Source: an uncultured Methanosarcinales archaeon (GTDB lineage: Archaea; Nanobdellota; Nanobdellia; Woesearchaeales; SKGA01). From it: a DNA stretch of 41,786 bases. The notes under the pieces are model-generated. The model did not search any database. It worked only from the letters and a program-made list of their open reading frames with translations, and was not told the origin of the DNA. Both the position numbers and the translations under genes were made by a program. Below are positions 35,017-41,786 of this stretch, one piece after another; the first letter of the stretch is position 1; each line of letters starts with the position of its first letter. Where the stretch lies: NCBI GenBank assembly GCA_964534065.1, contig CAZHNR010000001.1, positions 1 to 41,786 of the forward strand, in the 5' to 3' direction.

Positions 35017-35727
35017 CTACTTTCTACCACCACGGCCCGTTTTACGAGCTCGGATTGCACCAACTTTTCGACCAGGAGGTGCGTTCTTAGGTGCAGGTTT
35101 TGCTTTGGACTTCCGAAGGGTACGTTTGTTCCCGAATGGGTGGGCAACTGCGTTCATCGCACTTGCGGAAACGGAAGGCCAGTATTTGTTTCGTGCTTTC
35201 ATAGCAAAGTATTTGTTACCTGCTTTTAGGAATGGTTTATCAACTCGACCGCCACCAGCTGCAATGCCAATAATAGCTCGGCATTCAGGATGGAATTTCT
35301 TTTGCTTCCGACTTGGAAGTTGCAAAACAACGCCATCTTTTGCCTTACTGATAACTCGAGCTGAAGCACCACTTGAACGTACTAATTTACCACCATCATT
35401 TGGTCGTAACTCGACGTTAAATACCGTAACTCCTTCTGGAATTGCTTTAAGCGGCATGATATTTCCAAATTTAATTTCTGCTTCTTCACCAAAAGCCATT
35501 TGGTCTCCGACAGAAATTCCTTCAGGAGCAATCATTAATCCGATTTCGCCATCGTCATAGAAGACTTGTGCAAGAGGTGCAGTGTGTCCTCGACAATGGA
35601 GAAGATCCATAACAATCGCGTTTTCTTTGAATGGAAGCATCTTCGCTTCGCCTTTAAATTTGAATGAGGGAGATCGGAACGTTTGAGAACCTTTTCCTCG
35701 TTTTTGTGCTGTAATTGGTTTACCCAT
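35017..35727 (-). CDS. rpl2: 50S ribosomal protein uL2
   Basis: ..MNAVAHPFGNKR.. and an overall uL2 pattern. Confidence 0.95.
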   Translation of the reverse strand: MGKPITAQKRGKGSQTFRSPSFKFKGEAKMLPFKENAIVMDLLHCRGHTAPLAQVFYDDGEIGLMIAPEGISVGDQMAFGEEAEIKFGNIMPLKAIPEGVTVFNVELRPNDGGKLVRSSGASARVISKAKDGVVLQLPSRKQKKFHPECRAIIGIAAGGGRVDKPFLKAGNKYFAMKARNKYWPSVSASAMNAVAHPFGNKRTLRKSKAKPAPKNAPPGRKVGAIRARKTGRGGRK

Positions 35728-35737
35728 TTTTCATTAC

Positions 35738-35986
35738 CTACATCAGTTCTAACTTCGTTGCCAAATCTACCGCTGGCGTCTCATCAGCAAACGTGACATA
35801 CGCACGTTTTTTTCCATCTGGACCGATAAGAGTGTTGACATTTGTGATCTTTACATTAAACAGACTTACTAACTCGTCTTTGATCTCTTTCTTGTTTGCT
35901 TTTTTATCAACGATAAAAATTAACTTGTTCTCAGATTCCATCAAACGAATGGATTTCTCAGTTGCTAAGGGCGCGTGAATAATCAT
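35738..35986 (-). CDS. rpl23: 50S ribosomal protein uL23
   Basis: Sequence pattern and operon position. Confidence 0.9.
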   Translation of the reverse strand: MIIHAPLATEKSIRLMESENKLIFIVDKKANKKEIKDELVSLFNVKITNVNTLIGPDGKKRAYVTFADETPAVDLATKLELM

Positions 35987-36813
35987 TGCATACCACCTTC
36001 TGTGAATAATTTTCTTTGTGCAAGTACATCTAGTGCACCATCAGTAAAGAGTGTCAATCGACCTTCGTGCGTTCCCGGTGCAAGAAGCTCAGCGTTCAAA
36101 CTATTCACTGGAACAATGTCTGCGCCTGCAATGTTTGCTGCTGCTTTAAGCAAAGGACAATCTTTAGAAACTACGAATAAGAAGGATTTCTTTGTCACAG
36201 TTTTTCGTCCTCGACGTTTACCAAGACCTGCTCGAATTGTTGTTTGAGAAGCTCTGTCAAGTTCTGCATCAAAGCCCATAAGCTTTAGTGCTGCAATAAC
36301 ATCCTTTGTTTTTGCAACTTCTTCAAAAGTTGTATCAAGTACAAAAGGAAATGCTTTTGGAATTTTATGACCTCGTGCTGCAACGAGTTCAGATGACATG
36401 GTTGCTGCAAGAGCGGAACGAATCGCTTTTCGTCGTTCTTTAATATTGATTTTTTGTACCCAATCCTTTTCAGCTTTTGGAGGATGAGCTCGTCGACCAC
36501 CTACAGTTTGTGGCGCAAATGCACCCACGTAGTAGAATCGAGTTCCTCGTCGATTAAGAACTTTTCTTGGAGTTCGACTTTGACCAATACCGTATGTACC
36601 TCGGTACGCGCGTCGTCGTTTAGAGAGGTATGCAGAGTATTGCTTACCTGCCTCAGGACTTGCACCGTATCTTTGTCTCCGTGCAGCTTGCAGCGCAAGC
36701 ACTGCTCGCTTAATAAGATCTTTTCGAACAGGTTCGGAAAATTGGTTTGGAAGCGTTACGGTTTTTGTTTCGCTATTATTTTTATCAAATACTTTAACTT
36801 TCACTTTACACAC
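35983..36813 (-). CDS. rpl4: 50S ribosomal protein uL4
   Basis: Sequence pattern and operon position. GTG start immediately after the uL3 stop. Confidence 0.9.
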   Translation of the reverse strand: MCKVKVKVFDKNNSETKTVTLPNQFSEPVRKDLIKRAVLALQAARRQRYGASPEAGKQYSAYLSKRRRAYRGTYGIGQSRTPRKVLNRRGTRFYYVGAFAPQTVGGRRAHPPKAEKDWVQKINIKERRKAIRSALAATMSSELVAARGHKIPKAFPFVLDTTFEEVAKTKDVIAALKLMGFDAELDRASQTTIRAGLGKRRGRKTVTKKSFLFVVSKDCPLLKAAANIAGADIVPVNSLNAELLAPGTHEGRLTLFTDGALDVLAQRKLFTEGGMQ

Positions 36814-37797
36814 CTAGTTTCCTTGTTTGGATTCTTGACTGATAAAGTCAACAGCTGGAGCAGCTTTTTTCTCATGCGCTCGTAAAGGAGCAGTCATGGT
36901 AACTAATCGTTTCTTTGCACCTTGTACAGAACCTTTAACAAGTACACAAGGTTGTTTGACTTCACCAAAATTAATGAAACCACCTCGCGTGTTTACTTCT
37001 TCAGGATTTTCTACAATCGCTAAAATTTGATTATTATATTGTGTACGTTGATGGTAACCCATTTGACCAGCAAATGCGACACGGTACATGCTATGTCCCT
37101 GTGCGATCCATCCACCTAAAGAACCAGGTCCACGGATAGTCTTTTCGGATTTGTGACTTCGAAGGCTTACGCCGAATCGTTTTACAGGTCCTTGATATCC
37201 TTTCCCTTTCGTTACAGCTCGCGTATCGACCATTTGACCGACTGTAAAGACATCTTGCACAGTAATTTCTTTTTGTGCGTGCTCTTTAGCAAATGCGAGT
37301 TGTTCTTCAACACTTCCACCTAATGGAAGTTCAAAGATTTCAGGAGTTTTTTTGTCAACACCAGAAAGTTTAGGTTGCGTATAGACTTGTAGCGTAATAT
37401 GCGTGATTGCATCGAGTGCGACTTTGTCTAGTTCGCTTACATCATGTGATTTTGAAGCATTATTTGTCTTTCGAGCAAGTTCTTTTGAAGCTTTCATAAA
37501 TACTTCTTTACTTACTGCAGTACCGTAGCCTGCAGCAGTGTAAAATCGTACAGATGCGACTTTCATCGGTGGACATTCAATAACTGTAACAGGAATACTC
37601 AGTTTTTCTCCTTTTGTCGGGGAAGTTTTACTCGTATCAGTTGCAACAACATGCGTCATACCTGCTTTATATCCTGCAAAGCCTAAAATTTTAGCATCTT
37701 TACCAGGGACAGATCGTACACGCGCATAAGGACGGGAAGCTCTAACTCGTGGCCAGAACTGCATACTTCCGTGACGAGGGTTTTTTCTTTTTGCCAT
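36814..37797 (-). CDS. rpl3: 50S ribosomal protein uL3
   Basis: PRHGSMQFWPRVRA.. N-terminus. First gene of the cluster. Confidence 0.95.
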   Translation of the reverse strand: MAKRKNPRHGSMQFWPRVRASRPYARVRSVPGKDAKILGFAGYKAGMTHVVATDTSKTSPTKGEKLSIPVTVIECPPMKVASVRFYTAAGYGTAVSKEVFMKASKELARKTNNASKSHDVSELDKVALDAITHITLQVYTQPKLSGVDKKTPEIFELPLGGSVEEQLAFAKEHAQKEITVQDVFTVGQMVDTRAVTKGKGYQGPVKRFGVSLRSHKSEKTIRGPGSLGGWIAQGHSMYRVAFAGQMGYHQRTQYNNQILAIVENPEEVNTRGGFINFGEVKQPCVLVKGSVQGAKKRLVTMTAPLRAHEKKAAPAVDFISQESKQGN

Positions 37798-38049
37798 TTT
37801 GTAACACGTTTAATTTGTTTATTTCATTTTTCCCAGAAACAATCTTGAATAATCAGTAGAAGCGAGCAGCAAGTGTATTTGGCGCTGATTGCGGTACTGA
37901 AAAAAGATTTATTTCCAGGCCTTCTATATCATAAACAGTTTGTATATGAGTGAGTGCTAGAAATCGTTATTTCTTTATAAAGGTTTTGTTTCTTTGCACC
38001 TTAAAATCAAATTTAGAAGACAAAAAAACTTTTTTAACTTTAAATAAGA

Positions 38050-39657
38050 TTATTTTGAGCTTTTTTCTTCTTTTTGAGCCTTTTTTAACTGTTTCTTTTT
38101 TGTGGTTCTTGTGGCCTTTTTCTTAGGTTTTTTGTTTGCCTGCATGTCTTGTTTTCTTTTTGCATACATTGCAGGGTTATTAATTCGTTTACAGAAGCCA
38201 TCGGGCTTACAAAACCCTAAAGAGACATAATAATCCTTATTTGAACAATTTGGAGGAGGCATTGGCTTCTTTCCTTTCTTTATCTGGGCTAATTGACCTT
38301 TAATATATTGTTCACGAAGAGGTTCTGGATGCGCATCATTCCATTTTGTTACATATTCTGTCACTGCTTCAACAGACCAGCCACTTACTCGCAGGAAATT
38401 CATCAACACAAACAAAGCTCGTTTTTTCCCATCTTCCATAGGAGCAGAAATATACTGCATGCACGGCGGGAAAAATTCCTCACCAATTGCCACTTCTGGA
38501 AGCTGAATCTCTTTTTTTGCAACAATTTTCTCAGAAATATCTGCGTGAATATGTCCTAAATCAGAGAGCTCCTTACTCAAAGATTCTTGTAGCAAGGGCA
38601 ACGTTTCTTCAGCAAGAGCATGGGAGCGATCAAGAAAAGGAGTGTCAAAAACAATGTGCTCGGGCTTCGCGCGGTTTTTATCAAAATTCAAAATATCTTT
38701 TGCAGGAATAGGAAGGGAAACAAGACCAGATTTTTCATGTAAAGAATAAGGCATGCGGTATAAGTGACGTGAAGAGAGAAGTACCGTATCAATCTCAACT
38801 ACTGCAAGGAGATTGAGAAAATGCTGAGGTTTTTTCTTACTCCCACAATAGGAACAACTTGCTTGTACTAATCGTTGTGAAACAGGAGAATTGCAACGCT
38901 CACAGTGAATAAATTCAGGAGAACCTGTAGGCTTGGACTCATGACCGCAGGCACTACAAAGATAACGATACGATGTAGTAAAACGCTGTTTATACTCTTT
39001 GGAACAATCAACACATTGACGAGCAAACAAAGTTTTATTTGATTTCTGTGCAACCTCTTCGAGCTGCGCGAACGGAAAGGTAAACTCCTCAAGAAAAGTT
39101 ACTTCTTGCTCACCAACAGTAATATATTTTGAAGTAATATAACTCAAAAGATACAAAGCAATCTTTTTTGGGAGTTCGGGAAAAAGATTTTTAGTTTGAC
39201 GCATCTCCCCATCAAAAAAAACTGTTTCTGGAAAAGCCTCAAAAGGAACTGCAACATGAAAACCTTTGTTTCCAGAAAATTTGACAGAAATGGAACGAAC
39301 ACCATGATCCTCAAGAGCCTGAACAAAAAGAAAAGTAATGAGTTTAGACAAGTCCCATTGAGGACAATCAACATCTAAAATGAGATCCCAACCTTTACGC
39401 ATTTCATCAAGTTCAGAACGTTTCATGCCTGTAGCAATAGAAAGAGGATTATACCACAACTCCTCAGAGCAATGAAAAGAAGAAGCCTTTTTCTTTGCAA
39501 AATCAAGCACATCCTGTTCATAACCTAGAATGTCTGGACGTTTGCCAAACTTATCTTTATTGAAGATAACGCTAACTTCCTTATCATCAGCCTGAGCAAC
39601 TAATGCCTTGCGAACGTCAGGACGCTTATAATGATTTAAAGAAGTTGCAATAAACAT
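38050..39657 (-). CDS. archaeo-eukaryotic DNA primase, single-chain PriS catalytic domain fused to a PriL-type Fe-S C-terminal domain
   Basis: AEP motifs LILDVD, FSGNKGFHV, RMPYSLHEKSG. Zn-knuckle Cys pairs (CVDC..CSAC..CERC..CSYC). C-terminal FPPCMQYI plus CSNKDYYVSLGFCKPDGFC Cys set, typical of the PriL CTD. Lys-rich tail. Confidence 0.8.
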   Translation of the reverse strand: MFIATSLNHYKRPDVRKALVAQADDKEVSVIFNKDKFGKRPDILGYEQDVLDFAKKKASSFHCSEELWYNPLSIATGMKRSELDEMRKGWDLILDVDCPQWDLSKLITFLFVQALEDHGVRSISVKFSGNKGFHVAVPFEAFPETVFFDGEMRQTKNLFPELPKKIALYLLSYITSKYITVGEQEVTFLEEFTFPFAQLEEVAQKSNKTLFARQCVDCSKEYKQRFTTSYRYLCSACGHESKPTGSPEFIHCERCNSPVSQRLVQASCSYCGSKKKPQHFLNLLAVVEIDTVLLSSRHLYRMPYSLHEKSGLVSLPIPAKDILNFDKNRAKPEHIVFDTPFLDRSHALAEETLPLLQESLSKELSDLGHIHADISEKIVAKKEIQLPEVAIGEEFFPPCMQYISAPMEDGKKRALFVLMNFLRVSGWSVEAVTEYVTKWNDAHPEPLREQYIKGQLAQIKKGKKPMPPPNCSNKDYYVSLGFCKPDGFCKRINNPAMYAKRKQDMQANKKPKKKATRTTKKKQLKKAQKEEKSSK

Positions 39658-39692
39658 GGATTATAGCAAGAGCAACCTACATAAAAACGTTT

Positions 39693-41786
39693 CTATGACT
39701 CATCTAAACCTTGCTCTTTTTTGGCTCTTGTATAGGAAAGGCTGAGCATACGTTTAATCTCTTTGGCTTTCTTAGGACCGATTTTATCAATCTCTTGTAA
39801 CTCCTCAAGACTTGCTTGAAATAAACGCTCCAAGGTATCAAATTTTTTGAGTAAATTTTTTGCAAGTACCCCGCCCGTACCAGGAAAACTACTTACAATA
39901 TATTCAAGAAGCTCCTTGTCAGAATAAGGTTTGGCATTATGAAAAGAAAATGAAGATGAACTTCCTTCTTGTTCACGGCGAGCAAGAGCGAGCAGTAACT
40001 GTGCAGAATCCAAAGGTGAAGATGACTGTAAAATAGGAATACGATAGGACACTGCAATTGTTGCAAGCATACCTTGTATGGCCGACTCATCAATACGCCT
40101 TCGCATCGTATTACTCGCATCACCTTTTTCTAATAAAATCACTGGTTTGGCATATTTTTTTAATTGATGCAACTGCGCAATAAGTCTTCCATCAGCAATG
40201 GAATCAAGAAAATCATCATAGCGTTTGTATTCAATACAAGCTTCAGGACCAACCACATAATCACCAATTGAGAGTTGTTGCAACTCAATATGCACATTGA
40301 GATTTCGCAGGGCTTTCATGACCGGCGAACCTTTTTCTCTATGATCAATAATAACTGTACACGTCGGTTCTTCTTTGGGCTGGGTGAACTGTTGCAAAGA
40401 ACGCTGTGCAGCTTGTTGCAGTTGAGGAGAATTCTTCAATTTCTCAAGAACACCATACATGCGCCGTTCTTTATGGAATGCCACCCACCTGTAGGTCTCG
40501 TCACGAGTATTTTTTGTCATAAGTACTGAGACAAAACCCTTCTCATGCCGTCCAGTCCTTCCCCTCCGTTGGACTGTACGAATCGCACTTGGAACAGGTT
40601 CATAAAAAAACACATGATCAACCGTAGGAATGTCTAAACCTTCTTCTGCAACACTTGTTGCTATCAGACAAGAAAACTCATTGCTTCGAAATTGATCTAA
40701 TACTTCTTTTTGTTTCTTCTGGGAAAAACCTACTCCGTTTTTTTTAGCCTGACCAAAAAAAATACTTTGTGATATCTCATGCTTCGCAAGCAACTGTGCA
40801 ATTGCCATTGCAGAATCTCTAAACTGACTGAAAATAATCACTTTTGCTGAAGGTTTCTTTTGTAAAATTTCTCTCACCTGAGCGACAAGTAAGGTGAGTT
40901 TAGGATGCTCAATACCTGCAGCCAAAAGATCCCGCGTCTTTGCAAACGCACTTATGACATCTACGTCTTGAGCTAATTGTTTGTAGGCTTTTACTTTGGA
41001 AGTCCGTGCCTGTTGCATGAGTGACGCGATATATTGTTTACATGCTTGCAAACATTGTGTTTCAAGTAATTCTAGCGCGTGTTGAATTTTAAGAGCCTGT
41101 GCAAGGAGACTAATACTTTGCAACAGCTCAGGAACATATTCTTGTTGTGCTTGCAGGTGCAATTCTTTTTGTAATTTAAGCAGTTGCATCTTAGAAAGTG
41201 ACATATATTTTTCGGAGAGATAGCCGTGTGTGCGTACTTGTTGGAGCCGAGAACTGTAGGCTCTTTTCAAATACGCTGCTGCTTGTAAAAAATCCTTTGG
41301 TAATTCAACCTGCAACCATTGCACCTCGGTTTCTTGCGTAAAATCTTTCACATCAGGATCAGATGATTTGCGATACTCAATTTTTTGCGTGCAAAGATTT
41401 GTCATTACTTCTTTAATCTTTGTTTCATCAGTTCCTGGACTTGCAGTAAGCGCAAGAATTCGCGGGTGACGCGAGTGCTTCTGATACTCACCAGCTAAAA
41501 ATACGTAAGCATAGTCACCAGTGGCTCGGTGCGCCTCATCAAAAACTATAAGAGAAACTTCATCAAGCTCGATTCGTTTTGCAAGGACATCATTTTCCAA
41601 AGTCTGTGGAGTTGAAAAAATAAATCTTGAACTCTCCCATAATTCTTGCCTTTTTTTTGGTGGCACGCTACCAGTAAATAGAACAAAGTCTTGAGCATCT
41701 TTTTGAATGTGTTTCATGAAAGTTTCCATTTGTTGCTGGACTAAGGGTTTTGTTGGTGCTAGAAAAACAATTTTACTACTTGGATA
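39693..41786 (-). CDS. hef: Hef-type helicase-nuclease (SF2 DEAH helicase + XPF/ERCC4 nuclease + HhH2), 5' end off-window
   Basis: FDEAHRA, TASPG, QRRGRTGR helicase motifs; IDHRE...GDY...EYK...D nuclease motifs; C-terminal HhH (IDKIGPKKAKEI). The frame stays open from 41729 to the window edge (..VFLAPTKPLVQQQ METF..). Confidence 0.85.
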   Translation of the reverse strand, partial: YPSSKIVFLAPTKPLVQQQMETFMKHIQKDAQDFVLFTGSVPPKKRQELWESSRFIFSTPQTLENDVLAKRIELDEVSLIVFDEAHRATGDYAYVFLAGEYQKHSRHPRILALTASPGTDETKIKEVMTNLCTQKIEYRKSSDPDVKDFTQETEVQWLQVELPKDFLQAAAYLKRAYSSRLQQVRTHGYLSEKYMSLSKMQLLKLQKELHLQAQQEYVPELLQSISLLAQALKIQHALELLETQCLQACKQYIASLMQQARTSKVKAYKQLAQDVDVISAFAKTRDLLAAGIEHPKLTLLVAQVREILQKKPSAKVIIFSQFRDSAMAIAQLLAKHEISQSIFFGQAKKNGVGFSQKKQKEVLDQFRSNEFSCLIATSVAEEGLDIPTVDHVFFYEPVPSAIRTVQRRGRTGRHEKGFVSVLMTKNTRDETYRWVAFHKERRMYGVLEKLKNSPQLQQAAQRSLQQFTQPKEEPTCTVIIDHREKGSPVMKALRNLNVHIELQQLSIGDYVVGPEACIEYKRYDDFLDSIADGRLIAQLHQLKKYAKPVILLEKGDASNTMRRRIDESAIQGMLATIAVSYRIPILQSSSPLDSAQLLLALARREQEGSSSSFSFHNAKPYSDKELLEYIVSSFPGTGGVLAKNLLKKFDTLERLFQASLEELQEIDKIGPKKAKEIKRMLSLSYTRAKKEQGLDES

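Noticed and set aside
37798-38049. 252-bp region upstream of uL3 as a possible ncRNA or regulatory leader
   Set aside because: I saw only weak, short complementarity (AATCAG..CTGATT) and a TTTATAAA box. There is nothing beyond an ordinary promoter and leader that I can support from sequence alone.
1-41786. Defence systems, prophage or other mobile-element content (integrase, transposase, toxin-antitoxin, CRISPR-Cas, restriction-modification)
   Set aside because: No ORF shows the hallmark motifs of these families. The methyltransferases present carry RNA-MTase motifs (m5U, m5C, FmrO-like), not DNA-MTase motifs. The gene order is that of a conserved core region.

Overview
AT-rich archaeal chromosomal segment. 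The gene content and order are archaeal and look like a small, reduced (DPANN-like) genome; that lineage call is an inference. Nearly all of it is coding, and all similarity calls come from reading the translations, with no database search run.

Layout:
- 262-7037 (- strand): RNA methyltransferases (m5U and m5C types), a short NFACT-N protein, a miniaturised class-II RNR-like protein, PCNA and RNase J.
- 7110-7236: an intron-containing tRNA-Leu(CAA).
- 7278-10451: three small coiled-coil or Pro-rich proteins, divergent from a secreted, anchored surface protein.
- 10444-16730 (+ strand): a wHTH protein, ScpB, a Zn-ribbon protein, GyrA, two unknowns, RadB and a HAD hydrolase.
- 16717-21912 (- strand): uS2, TRAM, TrmB, an ArmA/FmrO-like methyltransferase, Pelota, RadA and a small upstream partner of RadA.
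- 22768-37797 (- strand): the canonical archaeal ribosomal-protein/SecY supercluster (eL14, eL34, YidC-like DUF106, SecY, uL15 through uL3). adk and cmk are absent from it.
- 38050-41786: a single-chain PriS-PriL primase and a Hef helicase-nuclease that runs off the window.

No CRISPR array, transposase, integrase or recognisable defence system was seen.

Most unusual signals:
- An 18-bp perfect palindrome (AGTCTCAGTACTGAGACT) occurs twice around an AT-rich core in the radA-side intergenic region, followed by helically phased TGAGAC repeats next to a small wHTH gene. Near-identical copies lie inside two distant coding regions.
- Twin AACACTA-N4-TAGTGTT palindromes plus a long hairpin lie at 3599-3748.
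- An aminoglycoside-resistance-type 16S rRNA methyltransferase homologue.
- An RNR-like protein with a degenerate catalytic motif.
- A paralogous coiled-coil gene triad.
- Lys/Glu-rich tails on several ribosomal proteins.
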